A stretch of DNA of 62,855 bases, counting the filler, from Nemertoderma westbladi (taxonomy: Eukaryota > Animalia > Xenacoelomorpha): the NCBI GenBank assembly GCA_032718475.1. It is 4 parts of 4 records of this genome, joined end to end, with 100 filler letters (N's around TTAATTAATTAA, not from the genome) between each part and the next. Parts side by side here need not be neighbours in the genome. Positions count along the whole stretch, not along the records: positions 1 to 18,055 come from JAUCBJ010008924.1; positions 18,156 to 40,900 come from JAUCBJ010002184.1; 2 more parts are not named here. One strand, 5' to 3'. The notes under the pieces are model-generated. The model was not told where the DNA came from and did no database searches. It saw only the letters and a program-made list of their open reading frames with translations. Each line of letters begins with the position of its first letter. Positions within the stretch are counted from its first letter, which is position 1. The translations under genes and the position numbers were made by a program. This document shows, in pieces, positions 14,029 through 25,334 of this stretch.

Positions 14029-14420
14029 CTGAAACAAAATAGAACAGTTTACATCTACAGTACAGATTAGTGTAAATAATGGTCGGGTAGGCCTACTTTG
14101 GCCAGCGTTTGGGCTGTTTCCAATATTGTCAATACCATCTGCTGGCCACCCCTGTATGCCTGGGACTAGATAGGCTGAAAATGGCGGATGAAATAGCCTA
14201 GTCAACTTGAGTGACAGGTTGACTATTGCAATCATAATATTTTATATTTGTTAACATTTTCTGCCAATATTAATACATTTTTTACAAAATGTACTACTTG
14301 TACATCTTCTCCGCAATCTAGGCCTCTACTTTGAATGATCAATTTTTAACTTGGTTCATGTAGTTAGTTGGTTTGGCCAGATAGTCTTCGATTTATCTAT
14401 ATCCTATTAAATACACTAAC

Positions 14421-14610
14421 TTCTCTAAACCAATATAGATGGTGTTTTTATTTTCTCTAAGATGAATGAATCCCTCCATGAGCGTGGAGAACTGTAGCAC
14501 GTAGGCCGCCAGTAGGAAGTTGAAACCGATGCTTCCGTAACCGTAGCGTTTCAGAAACGTCATGAGGAAACCAAAACCCACAAATATCATCACATGGGTA
14601 TCTTGGAACA
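14421..14610 (-). CDS. Rh50: Rh-family ammonium transporter, exon 3
   Basis: ttcag|(M)[32 protein letters not shown]...IGLE AA|gttagt. Confidence 0.95.
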
Positions 14611-14837
14611 CTGAAATGTAAATAAGTGGTATATCTTAATACAGTAAAATAATATTACAACCAGATGCCATTGTAATAATGAAATAATTATATTAACAAG
14701 GTGTTGTTAGGCTATATTGTCTTGCATACTTATCTTGAATGAGATGGGTACTGTTTCACCGTGTACTGTAGTGTGCAAATTTAGGAATCACGAAACATTA
14801 TAATTAAATTCATAATAATATCTCTCCAAACCACGTA

Positions 14838-14934
14838 CTCGTATCGACCTTAACGGGTCTCATTGCAGCTTGGTGACGGATTCGAACCTGGGACCTCGAG
14901 GTGGAAGCCGAGACAACAACCTCTACGCCACATG
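14838..14934 (-). mobile_element. tRNA-derived SINE head (Pol III A and B boxes) in an Rh intron
   Basis: Minus-strand TGGCGTAGAGG (A box, 14930-14920) and GGTTCGAATCC (B box, 14888-14878); no acceptor stem, so not a tRNA gene. Confidence 0.6.
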
Positions 14935-15296
14935 TTCTTGAGATATGAAATATGAATTTCAAAGCGAGCTGCCGTTTTTTTTCTTCTTAATCATTGTAAA
15001 AAGGTGTTGGCAAACTGTATTTTCTAGCTGTTTATATATAATGTAATAAATATTGCGGAAAAGTAAATTACAGTGCAACCCAAACATTTTAAATTTTTGA
15101 ATAACTCATAAAAAATAAAATTGTTTATAAAAAAAAAATAAATAAAAAAATTAATGCAGTATAACTTTAATAAAGATTTGTGTAATGGAACCCTCTAACC
15201 CTCAGGTACTATTACTTTAATAGGACTGTAAAGTTCTTGTGGTGGTCGACCGGAACACGAATATTAAACGAAATATAGGCCTACTATAATACTTAC

Positions 15297-15345
15297 TTGG
15301 GTAATAACGGGTGATGGGGTCAGTGTTCGTAGATACTTTATCTAC
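15297..15345 (-). CDS. Rh50: Rh-family ammonium transporter, exon 2
   Basis: ttcag|VDKVSTNTDPITRYYP A|gtaagt; joins exon 3 to rebuild the conserved RYYPMFQD. Confidence 0.88.
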
Positions 15346-15809
15346 CTGAAAATAAACAGAATTTTATTTGAATAATAGATAAGAATGTGACGACCCCCCC
15401 CCCCCCCCCCCCCCCCCACAAACACATCCACCTCAGACTTTATATTTTCACTTTCAAACTTAACTTTCACTACAGGCGGTTAAAAACGTGTTTCTCCGTA
15501 AATTCTATGCCATGTTACACAGTTACAGCGCAGTTATTCTTCAAACTATTAAAATTATGTAAAACATCTGAATTTGGATGAGAAATATCTGATAATAGAT
15601 ATACATATTTTATGAGTGTTCAAAATCGATAGCAAAATTCTAGAATGTGTTTTTTCTAATATTAACAAACTATTTAGTGTTCTAGAATTTGGGCCGTGTC
15701 GCTGAATTACAAATTTCCTGGAAATGGTGTATTTAAGTACTGAATCCACTCAACTTCGATTAATATTATAATCAATTGCTCGACTGAACATATTAATTAG
15801 GCTACTTAC

Positions 15810-15950
15810 CTCTGTGGTGGTATTTTTTTGATCTTGTGGAGTAGGGGAGGCATCTTCGTTGAACCTCACAAAAATACCAAAGAGAAGAAGAAACAACAGC
15901 TGAATGGAAATCGCAAATGTTGCGAATCGCGACAAGGGAAATTTCATCAT
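15810..15950 (-). CDS. Rh50: Rh-family ammonium transporter, exon 1
   Basis: MMKFPLSRFATFAISIQLLFLLLFGIFVRFNEDA...TTE|gtaagt; first TM helix typical of Rh proteins. Confidence 0.88.
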
Positions 15951-16245
15951 AATTGTAATTTATAACTTATTATAATATTATATATTCCCAATAAATTAAT
16001 GTAATTAATTCCTAGTGCTATATCTATAGAGGAATGGAATTTTTTAGCGGACTCGAATTTGAGAATTAAAAGAGATTGACAGTGTGATGTATATTGAAAA
16101 AGAGTTTGTCGAAAATTTTATATATTACTTTGCGACAACAGATCGCTTAAATAAAACTTCATGGAATACGGAATAACCGAATGATATATCGCCGATTCGA
16201 CTCATGTTTCGTTATTTGTTATTGTTATCGTTTAGTTTTGAGCTT

Positions 16246-16870
16246 AGGTGCTATCAACAAATGCCATGGTACTGTCAGGTGAGGACCTTCGAATACGCAA
16301 GGGAAAGGCTTGTGCAGCCTTGAATAGGCTTTCCAGGATTTGGAAGTCATCGAGAATTAATCGGAAACATAAGGTATGATTATTTAGAGCAGCAGTATTT
16401 CCAGTACTCCTATATGGGGAGTCCATGCTGGGCTCTAACTGCTGAGGACACCAAATCACTGGATGGCACATTCACAAGAATGCTACGCCGGGTTCATAGT
16501 GTCAAGTACAATGCACACATCTCAAACCAGACACTATATAACGGTGTATATAAAGGTGTCTAATTGGTTCCCCCAAGCTTGACACTAGAACAAAATCGCC
16601 TCCGCTTTGCAGGACATTGCTTTCGCAGTGAGGACCAGCCAGTGCATAATCTTGTACTTTGGCAGCCTCATGGAGTGAATAAGCATGGTGGACAGCCCAT
16701 GACTTTCTTGAGACGCATCTTAAAGGACACTGGCCTTGAAGATGCGGATGATCTAGCAAATTTCATTGGAGATAGGGAGTTGTGGCGGTGCAATTTTGTG
16801 TGGCGGCACAGCATTCTTAAAAATGCAGCTGCAATGCAGCATGCCGATCCTAGTACAGCAGTAGTAGTAT
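16246..16870 (+). mobile_element. RTE-like LINE 3' fragment (decayed)
   Basis: DLRIRKGKA..ALNRLSRIWKS, FRAAVFPVLLYG, RLRFAGHCFRS...LVLWQP with stops and frameshifts; ends in a GTAGTAGTA tail. Confidence 0.75.
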
Positions 16871-18055
16871 GGTACTGTCCGTCAATTATTTAAAACAAAG
16901 GAGCAGGTGGCATATATGTGTCTTAATTTGGAATTCAAAACTTATTTTTCCAAATAATTGATACTAAATGTACAGATCAAGTAATTAACTAACTCACTAC
17001 AGTATAAATAATATGTAAAGAATAAGGATCGGTCGGAAAACAGACACTTCAACGAACATCAACAATATCGGCCTAATCCTAGACTTGGCAATATGGCCTC
17101 TTGGAATATATTATGCATATTTGTTAAGGAGACAGAGGGGGGGGGAACTGGACGCAAATCCATATTCGGCGAATTAATATCCCGCCTCAATGTTAAATTC
17201 TCAATTTATGGAAAGGAGCAGGTTACAGTAGCAATAAACTATATATACAATAAACTAAACAGTATGGAACAGGTTACAGTTTTATTTTTGAGAGTAATCA
17301 GCTGTTATTTGCGTCGAATTTCCGCTGGAGAGGGATGAATTTTTATTGCGTTGAAAGTCCCCATCATGACGCAGAAAAGTGCAACTTTGCTGCTTTTAAG
17401 GACTAAAGGAGGCGATCACACCCAAAGCTTTGACTAGCAGACTAGAGAGCTACCTACTGAAATTCCATTCGAGATCTAAAGCCCTCAGACCATTCCATAT
17501 TGAATATGCCAAGAGCCCACTATCAGATGGGATGATATCCATTGAACTTGCAGTTGTTTGTTATAGGAATAACAATAATGAATTGCATAAATTAATATGA
17601 ATATCATCTTAAATTAATATTAATTTTCCTAAACGATACAATATTTAATTTATTAATTGAGTTTTCAGAACGCCGTTGAAGGTGGTTCATCACTCCCACC
17701 TACATATCTTCCCAACAGACATAATCTCCTTTCCTCTGTGCAGAAACAAACTCGGGCCAAAACTCGGGGGTGCATCATTCACAATGTACTTCCAAGGTTT
17801 ATGGTCTATGGGAGGTCTGACTGACGCGTAAGCTAGACTACAGTAGTCGATACAGATTATACCGCTTATACTGTATGTGTATTAATAAACAAATGACTTC
17901 CTTGCCAACTGATAGCTAACACAATACACATACGTTGAGACACATACGTTAAATAATAGTACACGGATTATAGACAGACATGGTTTAAAAGAAAACGTTT
18001 TAAAAATCAATTTCTATAAAACATAAAATAATGATAAGTAGGTCTATCCATATCT

Positions 18056-18155
18056 NNNNNNNNNNNNNNNNNNNNNNNNNNNNNNNNNNNNNNNNNNNNT
18101 TAATTAATTAANNNNNNNNNNNNNNNNNNNNNNNNNNNNNNNNNNNNNNNNNNNN
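18056..18155. other. Assembly/contig spacer
   Basis: 44 N + TTAATTAATTAA (stops in all frames) + 44 N. Confidence 0.95.
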
Positions 18156-18468
18156 ACTAAGAAGTTTTACTGCGTAAGGTGGGACTGCATATTTAAGCGA
18201 TTTCCTTACGTCAGTGATCAGTTATCACTCCTGCAGGAAGGTGAAGAACTGCATCCCCGATTGGCTGCTTCACATGTCTTTTTACTTAAGAACGAATTCG
18301 ATATTGACATTCCAATTCCAACCTAAGGTAGGGATGGCATAACGAAACGAAACGAAAGACATTTCAATTTCGTTTCGTTTTCATTAATTTAGTTTCGTTT
18401 TGTTTTTACCATTATGATCAAATATTCGTTTCGTTTCGTTTTTTAACAATCTATGAAATTTTCGTCTG

Positions 18469-19747
18469 TGGTCTGTGTTTTGTACCTGGGGGGGTCTGTG
18501 TTTTGTACCTGGGGGGGTCTGTGTTTTGTACCTGAGGGCGGGTCTGTGTTTTGTACCTGGGGGGGTCTGTGTTTTGTACCTGGGGGGGTCTGTGTTTTGT
18601 ACCTGGGGGGGGGGTCTGTGTTTTGTACCTGGGGGGGTCTGTGTTTTGTACCTGGGGGGGTCTGTGTTTTGTACCTGGGGGGGTCTGTGTTTTGTACCTG
18701 GGGGGGGGGGGTCTGTGTTTTGTACCTGGGGGGGTCTGTGTTTTGTACCTGGGGGGGTCTGTGTTTTGTACCTGGGGGGGTCTGTGTTTTGTACCTGGGG
18801 GGGGGGTCTGTGTTTTGTACCTGGGGGGGTCTGTGTTTTGTACCTGGGGGGGTCTGTGTTTTGTACCTGGGGGGGTCTGTGTTTTGTACCTGGGGGGGTC
18901 TGTGTTTTGTACCTGGGGGGGTCTGTGTTTTGTACCTGAGGGTCTTGGGTCTGTGTTTTGTACCTGAGGGTCTTGGGTCTGTGTTTTGTACCTGAGGGTC
19001 TTGGGTCTGTGTTTTGTACCTGAGGGTCTTGGGTCTGTGTTTTGTACCTGAGGGTCTTGGGTCTGTGTTTTGTACCTGAGGGTCTTGGGTCTGTGTTTTG
19101 TACCTGAGGGTCTTGGGTCTGTGTTTTGTACCTGAGGGTCTTGGGTCTGTGTTTTGTACCTGAGGGTCTTGGGTCTGTGTTTTGTACCTGAGGGTCTTGG
19201 GTCTGTGTTTTGTACCTGAGGGTCTTGGGTCTGTGTTTTGTACCTGAGGGTCTTGGGTCTGTGTTTTGTACCTGAGGGTCTTGGGTCTGTGTTTTGTACC
19301 TGAGGGTCTTGGGTCTGTGTTTTGTACCTGAGGGTCTTGGGTCTGTGTTTTGTACCTGAGGGTCTTGGGTCTGTGTTTTGTACCTGAGGGTCTTGGGTCT
19401 GTGTTTTGTACCTGAGGGTCTTGGGTCTGTGTTTTGTACCTGAGGGTCTTGGGTCTGTGTTTTGTACCTGAGGGTCTTGGGTCTGTGTTTTGTACCTGAG
19501 GGTCTTGGGTCTGTGTTTTGTACCTGAGGGTCTTGGGTCTGTGTTTTGTACCTGAGGGTCTTGGGTCTGTGTTTTGTACCTGAGGGTCTTGGGTCTGTGT
19601 TTTGTACCTGAGGGTCTTGGGTCTGTGTTTTGTACCTGAGGGTCTTGGGTCTGTGTTTTGTACCTGAGGGTCTTGGGTCTGTGTTTTGTACCTGAGGGTC
19701 TTGGGTCTGTGTTTTGTACCTGAGGGTCTTGGGTCTGTGTTTTGTAC
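18469..19747. repeat. Two-phase G-rich minisatellite (~23-bp unit with variable G run, then a perfect 28-bp unit)
   Basis: GTCTGTGTTTTGTACCT(G)n to ~18935, then GTCTGTGTTTTGTACCTGAGGGTCTTGG x~29. Confidence 0.95.
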
Positions 19748-21025
19748 ACAACCCACAAAAGGCATCGTTCCATTACATTAACTCATTATTATGAGGGTAC
19801 TTATGCAGGTACCTGCCCCCCCCCACCCCAATTTTTTTTTTGGGGGGGGGGGGAGGTGCCTGAATAACGACACTATATTCCAGAACATGGTGTATGTTGT
19901 TACACTTTTTTATCACGTTTATCACTAAATTAAATTAAATATTTATATTTAATTTTCCTGTAACTAGGGTTGTTTCATGATATATTTGTGTCTTTGTTTA
20001 ACGACGTGTGTCTAACGTTTGTCTTTGTCTAATTCACAAGCAACCATAATAGTGACTCACGATGGCAAACCGATATAGTACTTGGAATCAGTCTATGAAA
20101 ATTGATCAGAAAAGTTATAATTTTATTTTATGCTGTAATGTTTAGAAAAATTAAAATTAATGGGCCCGGACCGTGAAAAAACCGGCCCATGTCCATATCT
20201 GGCTCTGATACTACATATACATACGCACCAAGTTTGGTTTACTTTAATCAAGGAATGACCCGAGTTTTTAGCGATCAAAAATTAGACAACGATAGACGAC
20301 TCTTTTAATGGTACCCCTATGCTAAGGCTTCGCTCTCTTCGTGGCTCGCCCCACAATATAATGGTGATCCGCGAAAAACTAAGTTGAATGACATGCAACG
20401 CCAACTTCCCTTCCTAGTTCCTTTCCTACGTGCCAGCTGACTCTTAATGACGACGAACTTATTCGTTCACTGGAGGGCGTGATCGATAGTGACGTCATCT
20501 TTAAACTATAATTTAGCCCCTGATCCGATGTCATAATGTTGATACAGCCAGCTGTTTTGTTCTATTTTGCTTTATATTCACAATTCAATGGAAATAGTCG
20601 AGTGTAAGGAAGTGGGTCTGTCTACAATCTCGTTACATGTCTTCTGTAACATCCACTATGTTATTTATCTATGTTTTTTCTATTTCCCGATAAAACACAT
20701 TTTCTAGGACATGTTGAACACCATGCTGCCATGTACTGTACATTTGTTTGTTGCCGTTACCTTTTCCTTACTTTATACTGTATGTTATATTTTAATGCTA
20801 TCATTAGTGCTTGTTTTAACTGATTTAACGTCAAATAAAAAAATTCCAATTCCAATTCCTACGGTACGTCAGCTCAGTAACTGGTATTAATACTGCCACC
20901 CCCCGGCCTCGCATCCCTCTAACTACCGCTACAGTTTTAATGCCAATAACTGACTGACTGAAGGAGCGGCGTCATTCAGTAATTCGTAATCAGTTGCATA
21001 GCCAGGGAACCGGTGCTGTACTGCG

Positions 21026-21136
21026 ATGGATGCAGAGATACCTCCTAAAGGTCCTATGGGGGCGTTGAGCTCCGATGTGGATTGGTGTGAACCGAATTAT
21101 CAGATCTTCTCAACTGTTGCCGAATTTTATAATACG
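21026..21136 (+). CDS. ACER: Alkaline ceramidase (ACER1/2-like), exon 1
   Basis: MDAEIPPKGPMGALSSDVDWCEPNYQIFSTVAEFYNT|gtacgt; DWCExNY and EFYNT motifs. Confidence 0.92.
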
Positions 21137-21497
21137 GTACGTTCATTTGTAGGTACCGCTACACGGTGACGGTACCGGTAGTTTTCGTATCGGTAAACGG
21201 ACGTATCCTAAATTCTGCGCGGCGGATTAAGTTCATTATTCAGTTGCTGACGCTCAGTTATTAGGTATTGTTGATGTAGGGTCTGTTTCAGTATTACATT
21301 CTACCGGCAGACCGGTAACAGATACAGTACCGGTATTATTCTATTTCTGGATATACTGATATCAGGATATAGTTCAATGTAGTTGACTACAAACACCAGA
21401 CAACCTCTTGTTAAATTCTTAGGTCTCGGGAATAGACTGAACGATTTTTGTGTATTACAGATTTTTATTGTACTTTGTAACGCTTTGTTTGTTACAG

Positions 21498-21649
21498 GTT
21501 AGCAATGCTTTGTTTATTCTCCTCCCGTTATTATTGATATATCTATTGGTTCCCTACGTTAAGCGAGCAGCCGACCCCACTTCCATTATAATGTGCTCCT
21601 TGTTACTCACCGTCGGGGTTGGGTCTATTTACTTCCATGCGACTTTAAG
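21498..21649 (+). CDS. ACER: Alkaline ceramidase, exon 2
   Basis: ttacag|VSNALFILLP...GVGSIYFHATL AG|gttagt; CREST SxxxH motif. Confidence 0.93.
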
Positions 21650-21682
21650 GTTAGTCAACTAATATAGGTGTATAAGTAAAAA

Positions 21683-22162
21683 GGATACATGACCGAACGT
21701 AATCAGGATCGAATGTAACATAGTTCAGTAGGCCTAGTTATTACGTATCGAACGTAACCGCAATTATGTTACATTTGATCTCATAACTATGTTACATTCG
21801 ATCTACAAATTACTAAGCCCGAATGTAACATTAACATTTAAAGGGGCAGGTTGCAGAGGTGTGTTGGGGGAACCAAAACAGTAAACGAAAGTTAACATAT
21901 GTTACATGATTATGCAAGTTACTTAATTGGGTCTTTGTTTTGTACTCACCAAACTGTTTCTTCCTGTAAATAAACGAAGCATTTCATCGGTTAACTCCTG
22001 AAATCAAAACACATCAGAAATAAATATATGTTACATTCGGGCTTAGTAATTTGTAGATCGAATGTAACATAGATATAGGATCCAATGTAACATAATTGAG
22101 GTTACGTTCGATTCGTAAAAACTATGTTACATTCGATCCTGATTACGTTCGGCCTGTCACCC
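21683..22162. mobile_element. Mutator-like MITE in ACER intron 2
   Basis: ~140-bp imperfect terminal inverted repeats (CCGAACGTAATCAGGATCGAATGTAACATAG...) and a 9-bp TSD AAGTAAAAA (21674-21682 / 22163-22171). Confidence 0.8.
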
Positions 22163-22720
22163 AAGTAAAAATACAACAGTTTGTTTTTGTTAGTATCATA
22201 TTGACCCTAATTATAATTCCAACTGTCGAATAATTGTAGGGGAATCCCTAAAATAATTTGAAGTGAAGTCGTATCTATATTTTATTTCGCATGGCGAGTT
22301 TTACCCTGGATTAGTTGTAAATTTCGCCCGACTTTTCTTTTTTTATGAATACGAGATTATATTCTGACATTTTATCATTTTTGTAGTTTCCATAGATAAG
22401 TTTGTGGATGTTAACAGGCCTGGCCTACCTCTGGAGTCCGGAGTTCTCCGTACTGGCAGATCTACAATATTTAACAAATTGGTTTAAAACCACGAATATT
22501 TATCACTAGTTTACCGGCCAACTTGTATATTTACCATATTTATGTAAATAATATAAATAATCATATATAATTAAGATAAAAATTTGAACTCCTTAATGAA
22601 AAAATGGTAAAAAATACTATTTAATAATAAATTATTAAATATCATTTAATAATATATTACGTAGCGGCACCGGACCCTTTTGTTGACCATTTTTAATATT
22701 ATGAATTTATTGTATTACAG

Positions 22721-22825
22721 CTTGGCTGGGCAACTCTTGGATGAGCTGAGTATACTTTGGGTTATAATGTTGGGTATATCGATGTGGACACCTAAAAGGT
22801 TCATCCCAGAGTCCCTCTATTATAA
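22721..22825 (+). CDS. ACER: Alkaline ceramidase, exon 3
   Basis: ttacag|(S)[36 protein letters not shown]|gtaagt; QLLDEL motif. Confidence 0.93.
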
Positions 22826-23400
22826 GTAAGTTCTAGAGCTATTTAGTTCTTATGTAGAACTTATATTAATTGTGATTGACATATTTACTGTTAATAATGT
22901 ATCTCATAATATTATAGGCCATCCCGGATGGGTGTAAGTAAAGTTGTGTAAACCCGATTTCCGGGATCCCACCGGGAATGCAATTTTGAATTCCACTTTA
23001 ATTAACTAATATATATTAAATGTCTGTCTATGTTTGTTAAATATTATGTGGCGGTGTAAATATGAAACAGTTTTTTTGGCAACTTTTTATAACTTTATTT
23101 TACACCGCTGAAATATTATTTAGGATATATTTAATATTTATATTAAAATTTATTTATTTATATAATTACTAGGATATCTTAGGATATTAATTCGATATAA
23201 TCAATACATTTCTGTTTTCTTGCAACTATTCATATGATATTCACCAAATTTACTTCACTAAATTTAGACTTCGGGATCCTGTTTTTAAAAAGTCGGATAG
23301 GGATTACATTTTTCGCCGGAATCCCTATTTTTCGGGATCGGGATCCCATTTAAGCACTCAGTGTGCACTTATTTAATAATTAATTGATATTACATTGCAG

Positions 23401-23538
23401 TAATGGTTGGAAGAAGGTTATGTTTAGCGCCACTGTGTTACTAACTGTTGCCTCTTTCTACCTACCCAAACTCAACAACATCGCTCTTCAGTTTTTTACT
23501 TTCCCTTTGGTCACCATCTTGATCGCCTATCTAAAACG
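23401..23538 (+). CDS. ACER: Alkaline ceramidase, exon 4
   Basis: ttgcag|(N)NGWKKVMFSATVLLTVASFYLPKLNNIALQFFTFPLVTILIAYLK CG|gtaagt; phases consistent. Confidence 0.88.
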
Positions 23539-23650
23539 GTAAGTTATATTAAGTGTTTTATGCGCTTATTTCTATATAACCTGTATAGATACTAATTTGT
23601 TTATTGTTTTGGTTAAATTCAGCCCTTCTGTAACCTGTGTTTTTGGTGAA

Positions 23651-23938
23651 AACCTGGTATTCTTCACATGGGGGTAACTGCAAAGTGAAATATAACGGCA
23701 GAAAGTCTGGTATTCTTCATATGGGGGTAACTGCAAAGTGAAATATAACGGCAAAAAGTCTGGTATTCTTCACATGGGGGGTAACTGCAAAGTGAAATAT
23801 AACGGTAGAAAGTCTGGTATTCTTCATATGGGGGTAACTGCAAAGTGAAATATAACGGCAGAAAGTCTGGTATTCTTCATATGGGGGGTAACTGCAAAGT
23901 GAAATATAACGGCAGAAAGTCTGGTATTCTTCACATGG
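23651..23938. repeat. ~54-bp tandem repeat, ~5.5 copies
   Basis: CTGGTATTCTTCA(C/T)ATGGGGGTAACTGCAAAGTGAAATATAACGGCAGAAAGT units. Confidence 0.9.
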
Positions 23939-25334
23939 GCCGGGGAGGGGGGGGGGGGGGGGGGGGGGGGGTTCCGTTCCATTAAGCAATCCGTCGGACT
24001 TGAATTCCGAATATTTGAACGCTATTAACTGAAATATTGACTATTAAGTTATCACTCCTGACTGTCCGACATATATTCAATCAGATATATTTTAGACCTG
24101 TCGTATTCGCCCAAATACGGCAGTATAACTCTGGGTTCAGAGAACGTGTACATATTGACAGGCGGCAATCCCCTGATACAGTACCAAGCATGTGTTTGAT
24201 ATAAATATTAGATTTCTACTTCCATACAATTCTCATTGATTCCGCATGTCAATGTTATAATTAAAACAGTCAATTTGATATATTCTTCCGATTCCATAGG
24301 CGGCTTACACACCAACTCCCACCCTACAGCCCTATTTATCCCAATTCATCAATTTTTGTCACAGGTGTGGTCTGAGGATACTACATTATACAAAATGAGT
24401 TTTCCATCCTGATAACTCTGTTTAATTTGACAATGTTTATAATAATAACTTCACCTCTATCCATATACCATAAGCATCAAACAGTCTTGCAATGTAATAA
24501 ATCTGCCCAATAACTCATTGAACCGGAAGGACGCCCCGGGCTGACAACATAAATCAAAGCTAGAGTAAACATTATCTCTCCTTCATCTAGACTTATGTCT
24601 TCAATATACTACCCAGAGACAGTCAGTCCCAGGCTATACAAAATTAGTTACCTCGGACCCAGCAGCTGCTACAGAGTATTACATAACACAAATCCATTTA
24701 CTATAACATTGCCTTTCTTTCCATTTCTTTGTCACATTTTCTCAGTTACCCCACCCCCCCCCCCCCCCCCCCCCCCACACCCCACCCCACCCCTAAGCAG
24801 TATCATCAAACCACCTGAATTATTGCAGGAGTTAAAAGTATCACATTGTCCTAATCCAAATCAACTTGAGATACAAAGAGCAGCGTTGATTTATTTATTT
24901 TTCAGATAAATTGCCAACACTTTCTTCTTTATGCTCATATTAAGTATACCGTAAAAAACTCTTAACCCAGTGGCTCCCTACTGTAAGAAATTTACATACG
25001 CCAAATATCAATATGTGCGCCGCCTCGTCGGATTCCGAGTGGCCCACACCCGCTCAGGTGTGCCCTCTGCGGATCTTCCGTAGTAAACCAATTTGGTCAG
25101 GTCAAATCCAAACATTCAATGGAGATCACCAAATGGGGCGCTATGTGAAGTACCGTGCAGACACGATGATGATATATTTTAGATAACACAATTACACCGG
25201 TAGGCATGATATTACAGAGTACTACAGTACAACGGTACAGCAGTAGACTTTTCTGCACTTACGGTCCGGACAGATTACCAGTAGAAACAGTCATTACTAG
25301 TGATCCTAACATTAACGACTCGGTCAATCCTGTG

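Noticed and set aside
14838-14934. Functional tRNA gene
   Set aside because: A and B boxes are present, but there is no acceptor stem and the anticodon loop is irregular; treated as a SINE.
18100-18111. TTAATTAATTAA motif repeated in three gaps
   Set aside because: Artificial all-frame-stop linker centred in identical N runs.
18384-19773. 440-455-aa ORFs in three frames
   Set aside because: Products of a stop-free 23/28-bp repeat whose unit is not a multiple of 3.
24000-25175. Additional very old LINE fragments in ACER intron 4
   Set aside because: Only vague motif resemblance and a short (GAT)3 tail; cannot be supported without a search.
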